DNA from: the human T2T-CHM13v2.0 reference genome, Homo sapiens
Assembly (NCBI RefSeq): GCF_009914755.1
Contig: NC_060938.1
DNA: 64,000 bases
Reading direction: 5' to 3' (one strand)
A program made the translations under genes and the position numbers. The notes beneath the pieces were generated by a model. The model had not been told where the DNA came from. It was given only the letters and a program-made list of their open reading frames with translations, and ran no database searches. Below are positions 1 to 15,399 of the stretch, piece by piece. How positions within the stretch are numbered: the stretch's first letter is position 1; each line of letters begins with the position of its first letter.

Positions 1-553
1 CAGGTTTATGAGAATGCTTCTGTCTAATTTTTATTTGAAGATATTTCCTTTCTCACCATAGACCTGAAAGCTGTCCTAATGTTCACTTCCAGATACTACA
101 GAAAGAGTGTTTCAAAACTGCTGTACGAAAGGGAATGTTCAACTCTGTGACTTGAATGCACACATCACAAAGAAGTTTCTGAGGATGCTGCTGTCTACTT
201 TTTATACGTAATCCCGTTTCCAATGAAATCCTCCAAGCTATCCAAATATCCACTTGCAGATTCCACAGAAAGACTGTTTCAAAACTGCTCTGTCAATAGA
301 AAGGTTCAACTCTGTTAGCTGCGTGCATATATCCCAAAGAAGATTCTGAGATTGCTTCTGTCTAGTTTTTATGGGAAGATATTTCCCTTTTCACTGTAGG
401 CGTCAAGGCGCTAAAAATGTCCACTTCCAGATACTACAAAAAGAGTGTTTCAAACCTACTCTGTGAAAGGGAATATTCAACTCTGTGACTTGAATGCACA
501 TACCACAAAGAAGTTTCTGAGAATGCTTCTGTCGAGATTTTATATGAAGATAT

Positions 554-570
554 TCCCGTTTCCAACGAAA
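554..570 (-). promoter_or_regulatory. CENP-B box (representative; 4 per 8-mer HOR, in every second monomer)
   Basis: The + strand tcccgtttccaacgaaa reads TTTCGTTGGAAACGGGA on the - strand, matching YTTCGTTGGAARCGGGA. Further copies are at 896-912, 1238-1254, 1576-1592 and onward. Confidence 0.97.
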
Positions 571-1746
571 TCCTGAAATCTATCCAAATATCCCCTCGCA
601 GATTCTACAAAAAGAGTGTTTCAAAACTGCTCTGTAAAAAGAAAGGTTCAACTCTGTTAGTTGAGTGCACACATCACAAACAAGTTTCACAGAATGCTTC
701 TTTCTAGCTTGCAGGGGAAGATATTCCCTTTATCACCATGGGCCTCAAACCAATCGAAACGTCCAATTCCATATACTACAAAAAGAGCGTTTCAAACCTG
801 CTCTATGAAAGGCAATGTTCAACTCTGTGACTTGAATGCAGACATCACAGAGCAGTTTCTGAGAATGCTTCCGTCTAGATTTTATAGGAAGATATTCCCG
901 TTTCCAACGAAATCTTCGCAGCTATCCAAATATCCACTTGCAGATTCTACAAAAAGAGTGTATCAAAACTGCTCTGTCAAAAGGAAGGTTCTTCTCTGTT
1001 AGGTGAGTGCATACGTCATAAAGGAGTTTCTGAGAATGTTTCTGTCTAGTGGTTATGGGAAGATATTTGCTTTTTCCCCGTAGGCCTCAGGGCGCTCCAA
1101 ATGTCCACTTGCACATGCTACAAAAAGAGTACTTCAAAGCTGCTCTCTGAAAGGGAATGTTCAACTCTATGAGTTGAATGCAAACATCACAAAGACGTTT
1201 CTGAGAATTCTTCTGTCTAGATTTGATATGAAGATATTCCCGTTTCCAACGAAATCTTCAAATCTATCCAAATGTCCACTTGCAGATTCAACAAAAAGTG
1301 TTTTTCAAAACTGCTGTATCAAAAGAAAGATCCACCTCTGTTAGCTGAGTTCACACATCACAAACAAGTTTATGAGAATGCTTCTGTCTAGTTTTTATTT
1401 GAAGATATTTCCTTTCTCACCATAGAGGTGAAAGGTGTCCTAATGTTCACTTCCAGATACTACAGAAAGAGTGTTTCAAAACTGCTGTACGAAAGGGAAT
1501 GTTCAACTCTGTGACTTGAATGCACACATCACAAAGAAGTTTCTGAGGATGCTGCTGTCTACTTTTTATACGTAATCCCGTTTCCAACGAAATCCTCCAA
1601 GCTATCCAAATATCCACTTGCAGATTCCACAGAAAGACTGTTTCAAAACTGCTCTGTCAATAGAAAGGTTCAACTCTGTTAGCTGCGTGCATATATCCCA
1701 AAGAAGATTCTGAGATTGCTTCTGTCTAGTTTTTATGGGAAGATAT

Positions 1747-1763
1747 TTCCCTTTTCACCGTAG
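1747..1763 (+). promoter_or_regulatory. pJalpha (A-box)-like motif (representative) in the A-type monomers that alternate with CENP-B-box monomers
   Basis: ttcccttttcaccgtag sits at the position homologous to the CENP-B box and resembles the pJalpha motif TTCCTTTTYCACCRTAG. Confidence 0.75.
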
Positions 1764-4700
1764 GCGTCAAGGCGCTCCAAATGTCCACTTCCAGATACTA
1801 CAAAAAGAGTGTTTCAAACCTACTCTGTGAAAGGGAATATTCAACTCTGTGACTTGAATGCACATATCACAAAGAAGTTTCTGAGAATGCTTCTGTCGAG
1901 ATTTTCTATGAAGATATTCCCGTTTCCAACGAAATCCTGAAATCTATCCAAATATCCCCTCGCAGATTCTACAAAAAGAGTGTTTCAAAACTGCTCTGTA
2001 AAAAGAAAGGTTCAACTCTGTTAGTTGAGTACACACATCACAAACAAGTTTCACAGAATGCTTCTTTCTAGCTTGTAGGGGAAGATATTCCCTTTATCAC
2101 CATGGGCCTCAAACCGTACGAAACGTCCACTTCCATATACTACAGAAAGAGCGTTTCAAACCTGCTCTAGGAAAGGCAATGTTCAACTCTGTGACTTGAA
2201 TGCAGACATCACAGAGCAGTTTCTGAGAATGCTTCTGTCTAGATTTTATAGGAAGATATTCCCGTTTCCAACGAAATCTTCACAGCTATCCAAATATCCA
2301 CTTGCAGATTCTACAAAAAGAGTGTATCAAAACTGCTCTGTCAAAAGGAAGGTTCTTCTCTGTTAGGTGAGTGCATACGTCATAAAGGAGTTTCTGACAA
2401 TGTTTCTGTCTAGTGGTTATGGGAAGATATTTGCTTTTTCACCGTAGGCCTCAGAGCGCTCCAAATATCCACTTGCACATACTACAAAAAGAGTGCCTCA
2501 AAGCTGCTCTCTGAAACGGAATGTTCAAATCTATGAGTTGAATGCAAACATCACAAAGACGTTTCTGAGAATGCTTCTGTCTAGATTTGATATGAAGATA
2601 TTCCCGTTTCCAACGAAATCTTCAAATCTATCCAAATGTCCACTTGCAGATTCAACAAAAAGTGTTTTTCAGAACTGCTCTATCAAAAGAAAGATCCACC
2701 TCTGTTAGCTGAGTTCACACATCACAAACAAGTTTATGAGAATGCTTCTGTCTAGTTTTTATTTGAAGATATTTCCTTTCTCACCATAGAGCTGAAAGCT
2801 GTCCTAATGTTCACTTCCAGATACTACAGAAAGAGTGTTTCAAAACTGCTGTACGAAAGGGAATGTTCAACTCTGTGACTTGAATGCACACATCACAAAG
2901 AAGTTTCTGAGGATGCTGCTGTCTACTTTTTATACTTAATCCCGTTTCCAACGAAATCCTCCAAGCTATCCAAATATCCACTTGCAGATTCCACAGAAAG
3001 ACTGTTTCAAAACTGCTCTGTCAATAGAAAGGTTCAACTCTGTTAGCTGCGTGCATATATCCCAAAGAAGATTCTGAGATTGCTTCTGTCTAGTTTTTAT
3101 GGGAAGATATTTCCCTTTTCACCGTAGGTGTCAAGGCGCTCCAAATGTCCACTTCCAGATACTACAAAAAGAGTGTTTCAAACCTACTCTGTGAAAGGGA
3201 ATATTCAACTCTGTGACTTGAATGCACATATCACAAAGAAGTTTCTGAGAATGCTTCTGTCGAGATTTTATATGAAGATATTCCCGTTTCCAACGAAATC
3301 CTGAAATCTATCCAAATATCCCCTCGCAGATTCTACAGAAAGAGTGTTTCAAAACTGCTCTGTAAAAAGAAAGGTTCAACTCTGTTAGTTGAGTACACAC
3401 ATCACAAACAAGTTTCACAGAATGCTTCTTTCTAGCTTGTAGGGGAAGATATTCCCTTTATCACCATGGGCCTCAAACCGTCCAAAACGTCCACTTCCAT
3501 ATACTACAAAAAGAGCGTTTCAAACCTGCTCTATGAAAGGCAATGTTCAACTCTGTGACTTGAATGCAGACATCACAGAGCAGTTTCTGAGAATGCTTCT
3601 GTCTAGATTTTATAGGAAGATATTCCCGTTTCCAACGAAATCTTCACAGCTATCCAAATATCCACTTGCAGATTCTACAAAAAGAGTGTATCAAAACTGC
3701 TCTGTCAAAAGGAAGGTTCTTCTCTGTTAGGTGAGTGCATACGTCATAAAGGAGTTTCTGAGAATGTTTCTGTCTAGTGGTTATGGGAAGATATTTGCTT
3801 TTTCACCGTAGGCCTCAGGGCGCTCCAAATGTCCACTTGCACATGCTACAAAAAGAGTGCTTCAAAGCTGCTCTCTGAAAGGGAATGTTCAACTCTATGA
3901 GTTGAATGCAAACATTACAAAGACGTCTCTGAGAATGCTTCTGTCTAGATTTGATATGAAGATATTCCCGTTTCCAACGAAATCTTCAAATCTATCCAAA
4001 TGTCCACTTGCAGATTCAACAAAAAGTGTTTTTCAGAACTGCTCTATCAAAAGAAAGATCCACCTCTGTTAGCTGAGTTCACACATCACAAACAAGTTTA
4101 TGAGAATGCTTCTGTCTAGTTTTTATTTGAAGATATTTCCTTTCTCACCATAGACCTGAAAGCTTTCCTAATGTTCACTTCCAGATACTACAGAAAGAGT
4201 GTTTCAAAACTGCTGTACGAAAGGGAATGTTCAACTCTGTGACTTGAATGCACACATCACAAAGAAGTTTCTGAGGATGCTGCTGTCTACTTTTTATACG
4301 TAATCCCGTTTCCAACGAAATCCTCCAAGCTATCCAAATATCCACTTGCAGATTCCACAGAAAGACTGTTTCAAAACTGCTCTGTCAATAGAAAGGTTCA
4401 ACTCTGTTAGCTGCGTGCATATATCCCAAAGAAGATTCTGAGATTGCTTCTGTCTAGTTTTTATGGGAAGATATTTCCCTTTTCACCGTAGGCGTCAAGG
4501 CGCTCCAAATGTCCACTTCCAGATACTACAAAAAGAGTGTTTCATACCTACTCTATGAAAGGGAATATTCAACTCTGTGACTTGAATGCACATATCACAA
4601 GGAAGTTTCTGAGAATGCTTCTGTCGAGATTTTATATGAAGATATTCCCGTTTCCAACGAAATCCTGAAATGTATCCAAATATCCCCTCGCAGATTCTAC

Positions 4701-7700
4701 AAAAAGAGTGTTTCAAAACTGCTCTGTAAAAAGAAAGGTTCAACTCTGTTAGTTGAGTGCACACATCACAAACAAGTTTCACAGAATGCTTCTTTCTAGC
4801 TTGTAGGGGAAGATATTCCCTTTATCACCATGGGCCTCAAACCGTCCGAAACGTCCACTTCCATATACTACAAAAAGAGCGTTTCAAACCTGCTCTATGA
4901 AAGGCAATGTTCAACTCTGTGACTTGAATGCAGACATCACAGAGCAGTTTCTGAGAATGCTTCTGTCTAGATTTTATAGGAAGATATTCCCGTTTCCAAC
5001 GAAATCTTCACAGCTATCCAAATATCCACTTGCAGATTCTACAAAAAGAGTGTATCAAAAGTGCTCTGTCAAAAGGAAGGTTCTTTTCTGTTAGGTGAGT
5101 GCATACGTCATAAAGGAGTTTCTGAGAATGTTTCTGTCTAGTGGTTATGGGAAGACATTTGCTTTTTCACCGTAGGCCACAGAGCGCTCCAAATATCCAC
5201 TTGCACATACTACAAAAAGAGTGCCTCAAAGCTGCTCTCTGAAAGGGAATGTTCAACTCTATGAGTTGAATGCAAACATCGCAAAGACGTTTCTGAGAAT
5301 GCTTCTGTCTAGATTTGATATGAAGATATTCCCGTTTCCAACGAAATCTTCAAATCTATCCAAATGTCCACTTGCAGATTCAACAAAAAGTGTTTTTCAG
5401 AACTGCTCTATCAAAAGAAAGATCCACCTCTGTTAGCTGAGTTCACACATCACAAACAAGTTTATGAGAATGCTTCTGTCTAGTTTTTATTTGAAGATAT
5501 TTCCTTTCTCACCATAGACCTGAAAGCTGTCCTAATGTTCACTTCCAGATACTACAGAAAGAGTGTTTCAAAACTGCTGTACGAAAGGGAATGTTCAACT
5601 CTGTGACTTGAATGCACACATCACAAAGAAGTTTCTGAGGATGCTGCTGTCTACTTTTTATACGTAATCCCGTTTCCAACGAAATCCTCCAAGCTATCCA
5701 AATATCCATTTGCAGATTCCACAGAAAGACTGTTTCAAAACTGCTCTGTCAATAGAAAGGTTCAACTCTGTTAGCTGCGTGCATATATCCCAAAGAAGAT
5801 TCTGAGATTGCTTCTGTCTAGTTTTTATGGGAAGATATTTCCCTTTTCACTGTAGGTGTCAAGGCGCTCCAAATGTCCACTTCCAGATACTACAAAAAGA
5901 GTGTTTCAAACCTACTCTGTGAAAGGGAATATTCAACTCTGTGACTTGAATGCACATATCACAAAGAAGTTTCTGAGAATGCTTCTGTCGAGATTTTATA
6001 TGAAGATATTCCCGTTTCCAACGAAATCCTGAAATGTATCCAAATATCCCCTCGCAGATTCTACAAAAAGAGTGTTTCAAAACTGCTCTGTAAAAAGAAA
6101 GGTTCAACTCTGTTAGTTGAGTACACACATCACAAACAAGTTTCACAGAATGCTTCTTTCTAGCTTGTAGGGGAAGATATTCCCTTTATCACCATGGGCC
6201 TCAAACCGTCCGAAACATCCAGTTCCATATACTACAAAAAGAGCGTTTCAAACCTGCTCTAGGAAAGGCAATGTTCAACTCTGTGACTTGAATGCAGACA
6301 TCACAGAGCAGTTTCTGAGAATGCTTCTGTCTAGATTTTATAGGAAGATATTCCCGTTTCCAACGAAATCTTCACAGCTATCCAAATATCCACTTGCAGA
6401 TTCTACAAAAAGAGTGTATCAAAACTGCTCTGTCAAAAGGAAGGTTCTTCTCTGTTAGGTGAGTGCATACGTCATAAAGGAGTTTCTGAGAATGTTTCTG
6501 TCTAGTGGTTATGGGAAGATATTTGCTTTTTCACCGTAGGCCACAGAGCACTCCAAATATCCACTTGCACATACTACAAAAAGAGTGCCTCAAAGCTGCT
6601 CTCTGAAAGGGAATGTTCAACTCTATGAGTTGAATGCAAACATCGCAAAGACGTTTCTGAGAATGCTTCTGTCTAGATTTGATATGAAGATATTCCCGTT
6701 TCCAACGAAATCTTCAAATCTATCCAAATGTCCACTTGCAGATTCAACAAAAAGTGTTTTTCAGAACTGCTCTATCAAAAGAAAGATCCACCTCTGTTAG
6801 CTGAGTTCACACATCACAAACAAGTTTATGAGAATGCTTCTGTCTAGTTTCTATTTGAAGATATTTCCTTTCTCACCATAGACCTGAAAGCTGTCCTAAT
6901 GTTCACTTCCAGATACTACAGAAAGAGTGTTTCAAAACTGCTGTACGAAAGGGAATGTTCAACTCTGTGACTTGAATGCACACATCACAAAGAAGTTTCT
7001 GAGGATGCTGCTGTCTACTTTTTATACTTAATCCCGTTTCCAACGAAATCCTCCAAGCTATCCAAATATCCACTTGCAGATTTCACAGAAAGACTGTTTC
7101 AAAACTGCTCTGTCAATAGAAAGGTTCAACTCTGTTAGCTGCGTGCATATATCCCAAAGAAGATTCTGAGATTGCTTCTGTCTAGTTTTTATGGGAAGAT
7201 ATTTCCCTTTTCACCGTAGGTGTCAAAGCGCTCCAAATGTCCACTTCCAGATACTACAAAAAGAGTGTTTCAAACCTACTCTGTGAAAGGGAATATTCAA
7301 CTCTGTGACTTGAATGCACATATCACAAAGAAGTTTCTGAGAATGCTTCTGTCGAGATTTTATATGAAGATATTCCCGTTTCCAACGAAATCCTGAAATG
7401 TATCCAAATATCCCCTCGCAGATTCTACAAAAAGAGTGTTTCAAAACTGCTCTGTAAAAAGAAAGGTTCAACTCTGTTAGTTGAGTACACACATCACAAA
7501 CAAGTTTCACAGAATGCTTCTTTCTAGCTTTTAGGGGAAGATATTCCCTTTATCACCATGGGCCTCAAACCGTCCGAAACGTCCACTTCCATATACTACA
7601 AAAAGAGCGTTTCAAACCTGCTCTAGGAAAGGCAATGTTCAACTCTGTGACTTGAATGCAGACATCACAGAGCAGTTTCTGAGAATGCTTCTGTCTAGAT

Positions 7701-8199
7701 TTTATAGGAAGATATTCCCGTTTCCAACGAAATCTTCACAGCTATCCAAATATCCACTTGCAGATTCTACAAAAAGAGTGTATCAAAACTGCTCTGTCAA
7801 AAGGAAGGTTCTTCTCTGTTAGGTGAGTGCATACGTCATAAAGGAGTTTCTGAGAATGTTTCTGTCTAGTGGTTATGGGAAGATATTTGCTTTTTCACCG
7901 TAGGCCTCAGAGCGCTCCAAATATCCACTTGCACATACTACAAAAAGAGTGCCTCAAAGCTGCTCTCTGAAACCGAATGTTCAACTCTATGAGTTGAATG
8001 CAAACATCACAAAGACGTTTCTGAGAATGCTTCTGTCTAGATTTGATATGAAGATATTCCCGTTTCCAACGAAATCTTCAAATCTATCCAAATGTCCACT
8101 TGCAGATTCAACAAAAAGTGTTTTTCAGAACTGCTCTATCAAAAGAAAGATCCACCTCTGTTAGCTGAGTTCACACATCACAAACAAGTTTATGAGAAT

Positions 8200-11100
8200 G
8201 CTTCTGTCTAGTTTTTATTTGAAGATATTTTGTTTCTCACCATAGAGCTGAAAGCTGTCCTAATGTTCACTTCCAGATACTACAGAAAGAGTGTTTCAAA
8301 ACTGCTGTACGAAAGGGAATGTTCAACTCTGTGACTTGAATGCACACATCACAAAGAAGTTTCTGAGGATGCTGCTGTCTACTTTTTATACGTAATCCCG
8401 TTTCCAACGAAATCCTCCAAGCTATCCAAATATCCACTTGCAGATTCCACAGAAAGACTGTTTCAAAACTGCTCTGTCAATAGAAAGGTTCAACTCTGTT
8501 AGCTGCGTGCATATATCCCAAAGAAGATTCTGAGATTGCTTCTGTCTAGTTTTTATGGGAAGATATTTCCCTTTTCACCGTAGGCGTCAAGGCGCTCCAA
8601 ATGTCCACTTCCAGATACTACAAAAAGAGTGTTTCAAACCTACTCTGTGAAAGGGAATATTCAACTCTGTGACTTGAATGCACATATCACAAAGAAGTTT
8701 CTGAGAATGCTTTTGTCGAGATTTTCTATGAAGATATTCCCATTTCCAACGAAATCCTGAAATGTATCCAAATATCCCCTCGCAGATTCTACAAAAAGAG
8801 TGTTTCAAAACTGCTCTGTAAAAAGAAAGGTTCAACTCTGTTAGTTGAGTACAAACATCACAAACAAGTTTCACAGAATGCTTCTTTCTAGCTTGTAGGG
8901 GAATATATTCCCTTTATCACCATGGGTCTCAAACCGTCCGAAACGTCCACTTCCATATACTACAAAAAGAGCGTTTCAAACCTGCTCTATGAAAGGCAAT
9001 GTTCAACTCTGTGACTTGAATGTAGACATCACAGAGCTGTTTCTGAGAATGCTTCTGTCTAGATTTTATAGGAAGATATTCCCGTTTCCAACGAAATCTT
9101 CACAGCTATCCAAATATCCACTTGCAGATTCTACAAAAAGAGTGTATCAAAACTGCTCTGTCAAAAGGAAGGTTCTTCTCTGTTAGGTGAGTGCATACGT
9201 CATAAAGGAGTTTCTGAGAATGTTTCTGTCTAGTGGTTATGGGAAGATATTTGCTTTTTCCCCGTAGGCCTCAGGGCGCTCCAAATGTCCACTTGCACAT
9301 GCTACAAAAAGAGTGCTTCAAAGCTACTCTCTGGAAGGGAATGTTCAACTCTATGAGTTGAATGCAAACATCACAAAGACGTTTCTGAGAATGCTTCTGT
9401 CTAGATTTGATATGAAGATATTCCCGTTTCCAACGAAATCTTCAAATCTATCCAAATATCCACTTGCATATTCAACAAAAAGTGTTTTTCAGAACTGCTC
9501 TATCAAAAGAAAGATCCACCTCTGTTAGCTGAGTTCACACATCACAAAAAGGTTTATGAGAATGCTTCTGTCTAGTTTTTATTTGAAGATATTTCCTTTC
9601 TCACCATAGACCTGAAAGCTGTCCTAATGTTCACTTCCAGATACTACAGAAAGAGTGTTTCAAAACTGCTGTACGAAAGGGAATGTTCAACTCTGTGACT
9701 TGAATGCACACATCACAAAGAATTTTCTGAGGATACTGCTGTCTACTTTTTATACGTAATCCCGTTTCCAACGAAATCCTCCAAGCTATCCAAATATCCA
9801 CTTGCAGATTCCACAGAAAGACTGTTTCAAAACTGCTCTGTCAATAGAAAGGTTCAACTCTGTTAGCTGCGTGCATATATCCCAAAGAAGATTCTGAGAT
9901 TGCTTCTGTCTAGTTTTTATGGGAAGATATTTCCCTTTTCACCGTAGGCGTCAAGGCGCTCCAAATGTCCACTTCCAGATACTACAAAAAGAGTGTTTCA
10001 AACCTACTCTGTGAAAGGGAATATTCAACTCTGTGACTGGAATGCACATATCACAAAGAAGTTTCTGAGAATGCTTCTGTCGAGATTTTATATGAAGATA
10101 TTCCCGTTTCCAACGAAATCCTGAAATCTATCCAAATATCCCCTCGCAGATTCTACAAAAAGAGAGTTTCAAAACTGCTCTGTAAAAAGAAAGGTTCAAC
10201 TCTGTTAGTTGAGTACACACATCACAAACAAGTTTCACAGAATGCTTCTTTCTAGCTTGTAGGGGAAGATATTCCCTTTATCACCATGGGCCTCAAAACG
10301 TCTGAAACGTCCACTTCCATATACTACAAAAAGAGCGTTTCAAACCTGCTCTATGAAAGGCAATGTTCAACTCTGTGACTTGAATGCAGACATCACAGAG
10401 CAGTTTCTGAGAATGCTTCTGTCTAGATTTTATAGGAAGATATTCCCGTTTCCAACGAAATCTTCACAGCTATCCAAATATCCACTTGCAGATTCTACAA
10501 AAAGAGTGTATCAAAACTGCTCTGTCAAAAGGAAGGTTCTTCTCTGTTAGGTGAGTGCATACGTCATAAAGGAGTTTCTGACAATGTTTCTGTCTAGTGG
10601 TTATGGGAAGATATTTGCTTTTTCACCGTAGGCCTCAGAGCGCTCCAAATATCCACTTGCACATACTACAAAAAGAGTGCCTCAAAGCTGCTCTCTGAAA
10701 CGGAATGTTCAACTCTATGAGTTGAATGCAAACATCACAAAGACGTTTCTGAGAATGCTTCTGTCTAGATTTGATATGAAGATATTCCCGTTTCCAACGA
10801 AATCTTCAAATCTATCCAAATGTCCCCTTGCAGATTCAACAAAAAGTGTTTTTCAGAACTGCTCTATCAAAAGAAAGATCCACCTCGGTTAGCTGAGTTC
10901 ACACATCACAAACAGGTTTATGAGAATGCTTCTGTCTAGTTTTTATTTGAAGATATTTTGTTTCTCACCATAGAGCTGAAAGCTGTCCTAATGTTCACTT
11001 CCAGATACTACAGAAAGAGTGTTTCAAAACTGCTGTACGAAAGGGAATGTTCAACTCTGTGACTTGAATGCACACATCACAAAGAAGTTTCTGAGGATGC

Positions 11101-13700
11101 TGCTGTGTACTTTTTATACGTAATCCCGTTTCCAACGAAATCCTCCAAGCTATCCAAATATCCACTTGCAGATTCCACAGAAAGACTGTTTCAAAACTGC
11201 TCTGTCAATAGAAAGGTTCAACTCTGTTAGCTGCGTGCATATATCCCAAAGAAGATTCTGAGATTGCTTCTGTCTAGTTTTTATGGGAAGATATTTCCCT
11301 TTTCACCGTAGGCGTCAAGGCGCTCCAAATGTCCACTTCCAGATACTACAAAAAGAGTGTTTCAAACCTACTCTGTGAAAGGGAATATTCAACTCTGTGA
11401 CTTGAATGCACATATCACAAAGAAGTTTCTGAGAATGCTTTTGTCGAGATTTTCTATGAAGATATTCCCATTTCCAACGAAATCCTGAAATGTATCCAAA
11501 TATCCCCTCGCAGATTCTACAAAAAGAGTGTTTCAAAACTGCTCTGTAAAAAGAAAGGTTCAACTCTGTTAGTTGAGTACAAACATCACAAACAAGTTTC
11601 ACAGAATGCTTCTTTCTAGCTTGTAGGGGAATATATTCCCTTTATCACCATGGGTCTCAAACCGTCCGAAACGTCCACTTCCATATACTACAAAAAGAGC
11701 GTTTCAAACCTGCTCTATGAAAGGCAATGTTCAACTCTGTGACTTGAATGTAGACATCACAGAGCTGTTTCTGAGAATGCTTCTGTCTAGATTTTATAGG
11801 AAGATATTCCCGTTTCCAACGAAATCTTCACAGCTATCCAAATATCCACTTGCAGATTCTACAAAAAGAGTGTATCAAAACTGCTCTGTCAAAAGGAAGG
11901 TTCTTCTCTGTTAGGTGAGTGCATACGTCATAAAGGAGTTTCTGAGAATGTTTCTGTCTAGTGGTTATGGGAAGATATTTGCTTTTTCCCCGTAGGCCTC
12001 AGGGCGCTCCAAATGTCCACTTGCACATGCTACAAAAAGAGTGCTTCAAAGCTACTCTCTGGAAGGGAATGTTCAACTCTATGAGTTGAATGCAAACATC
12101 ACAAAGACGTTTCTGAGAATGCTTCTGTCTAGATTTGATATGAAGATATTCCCGTTTCCAACGAAATCTTCAAATCTATCCAAATATCCACTTGCATATT
12201 CAACAAAAAGTGTTTTTCAGAACTGCTCTATCAAAAGAAAGATCCACCTCTGTTAGCTGAGTTCACACATCACAAAAAGGTTTATGAGAATGCTTCTGTC
12301 TAGTTTTTATTTGAAGATATTTCCTTTCTCACCATAGACCTGAAAGCTGTCCTAATGTTCACTTCCAGATACTACAGAAAGAGTGTTTCAAAACTGCTGT
12401 ACGAAAGGGAATGTTCAACTCTGTGACTTGAATGCACACATCACAAAGAATTTTCTGAGGATACTGCTGTCTACTTTTTATACGTAATCCCGTTTCCAAC
12501 GAAATCCTCCAAGCTATCCAAATATCCACTTGCAGATTCCACAGAAAGACTGTTTCAAAACTGCTCTGTCAATAGAAAGGTTCAACTCTGTTAGCTGCGT
12601 GCATATATCCCAAAGAAGATTCTGAGATTGCTTCTGTCTAGTTTTTATGGGAAGATATTTCCCTTTTCACCGTAGGCGTCAAGGCGCTCCAAATGTCCAC
12701 TTCCAGATACTACAAAAAGAATGTTTCAAACCTACTCTGTGAAAGGGAATATTCAACTCTGTGACTGGAATGCACATATCACAAAGAAGTTTCTGAGAAT
12801 GCTTCTGTCGAGATTTTATATGAAGATATTCCCGTTTCCAACGAAATCCTGAAATCTATCCAAATATCCCCTCGCAGATTCTACAAAAAGAGAGTTTCAA
12901 AACTGCTCTGTAAAAAGAAAGGTTCAACTCTGTTAGTTGAGTACACACATCACAAACAAGTTTCACAGAATGCTTCTTTCTAGCTTGTAGGGGAAGATAT
13001 TCCCTTTATCACCATGGGCCTCAAAACGTCTGAAACGTCCACTTCCATATACTACAAAAAGAGCGTTTCAAACCTGCTCTATGAAAGGCAATGTTCAACT
13101 CTGTGACTTGAATGCAGACATCACAGAGCAGTTTCTGAGAATGCTTCTGTCTAGATTTTATAGGAAGATATTCCCGTTTCCAACGAAATCTTCACAGCTA
13201 TCCAAATATCCACTTGCAGATTCTACAAAAAGAGTGTATCAAAACTGCTCTGTCAAAAGGAAGGTTCTTCTCTGTTAGGTGAGTGCATACGTCATAAAGG
13301 AGTTTCTGACAATGTTTCTGTCTAGTGGTTATGGGAAGATATTTGCTTTTTCACCGTAGGCCTCAGAGCGCTCCAAATATCCACTTGCACATACTACAAA
13401 AAGAGTGCCTCAAAGCTGCTCTCTGAAACGGAATGTTCAACTCTATGAGTTGAATGCAAACATCACAAAGACGTTTCTGAGAATGCTTCTGTCTAGATTT
13501 GATATGAAGATATTCCCGTTTCCAACGAAATCTTCAAATCTATCCAAATGTCCCCTTGCAGATTCAACAAAAAGTGTTTTTCAGAACTGCTCTATCAAAA
13601 GAAAGATCCACCTCGGTTAGCTGAGTTCACACATCACAAACAGGTTTATGAGAATGCTTCTGTCTAGTTTTTATTTGAAGATATTTTGTTTCTCACCATA
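8200..13700. repeat. Tandem duplication of a 2-HOR (2728-bp) unit
   Basis: Identical ORFs at a 2728-bp offset (8587/11315, 8989/11717, 9313/12041, 10677/13405). Shared rare variants: ttcccattt box, aattttctgaggatact, caaaacgtctg, tgtcccctt. Confidence 0.88.
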
Positions 13701-15399
13701 GAGCTGAAAGCTGTCCTAATGTTCACTTCCAGATACTACAGAAAGAGTGTTTCAAAACTGCTGTACGAAAGGGAATGTTCAACTCTGTGACTTGAATGCA
13801 CACATCACAAAGAAGTTTCTGAGGATGCTGCTGTCTACTTTTTATACGTAATCCCGTTTCCAACGAAATCCTCCAAGCTATCCAAATATCCACTTGCAGA
13901 TTCCACAGAAAGACTGTTTCAAAACTGCTCTGTCAATAGAAAGGTTCAACTCTGTTAGCTGCGTGCATATATCCCAAAGAAGATTCTGAGATTGCTTCTG
14001 TCTAGTTTTTATGGGAAGATATTTCCCTTTTCACCGTAGGCGTCAAGGCGCTCCAAATGTCCACTTCCAGATACTACAAAAAGAGTGTTTCAAACCTACT
14101 CTGTGAAAGGGAATATTCAACTCTGTGACTTGAATGCACATATCACAAAGAAGTTTCTGAGAATGCTTCTGTCGAGATTTTATATGAAGATATTCCCGTT
14201 TCCAACGAAATCCTGAAATGTATCCAAATATCCCCTCACAGATTCTACAAAAAGAGTGTTTCAAAACTGCTCTGTAAAAAGAAAGGTTCAACTCTGTTAG
14301 TTGAGTGCACACATCACAAACAAGTTTCACAGAATGCTTCTTTCTAGCTTGTAGGGGAAGATATTCCCTTTATCACCATGGGCCTCAAACCGTCCGAAAC
14401 GTCCACTTCCATATACTACAAAAAGAGCGTTTCAAACCTGCTCTATGAAAGGCAATGTTCAACTCTGTGACTTGAATGCAGACATCACAGAGCAGTTTCT
14501 GAGAATGCTTCTGTCTAGATTTTATAGGAAGATATTCCCGTTTCCAACGAAATCTTCACAGCTATCCAAATATCCACTTGCAGATTCTACAAAAAGAGTG
14601 TATCAAAACTGCTCTGTCAAAAGGAAGGTTCTTTTCTGTTAGGTGAGTGCATACGTCATAAAGGAGTTTCTGAGAATGTTTCTGTCTAGTGGTTATGGAA
14701 AGATATTTGCTTTTTCACCGTAGGCCTCAGAGCGCTCCAAATATCCACTTGCACATACTACAAAAAGAGTGCCTCAAAGCTGCTTTCTGAAACGGAATGT
14801 TCAACTCTATGAGTTGAATGCAAACAACGCAAAGACGTTTCTGAGAATGCTTCTGTCTAGATTTGATATGAAGATATTCCCGTTTCCAACGAAATCTTCA
14901 AATCTATCCAAATGTCCACTTGCAGATTCAACAAAAAGTGTTTTTCAGAACTGCTCTATCAAAAGAAAGATCCACCTCTGTTAGCTGAGTTCACACATCA
15001 CAAAAAGGTTTATGAGAATGCTTCTGTCTAGTTTTTATTTGAAGATATTTCCTTTCTCACCATAGACCTGAAAGCTGTCCTAATGTTCACTTCCAGATAC
15101 TACAGAAAGAGTGTTTCAAAACTGCTGTACGAAAGGGAATGTTCAACTCTGTGACTTGAATGCACACATCACAAAGAAGTTTCTGAGGATACTGCTGTCT
15201 ACTTTTTATACGTAATCCCGTTTCCAACGAAATCCTCCAAGCTATCCAAATATCCACTTGCAGATTCCACAGAAAGACTGTTTCAAAACTGCTCTGTCAA
15301 TAGAAAGGTTCAACTCTGTTAGCTGCGTGCATATATCCCAAAGAAGATTCTGAGATTGCTTCTGTCTAGTTTTTATGGGAAGATATTTCCCTTTTCACC

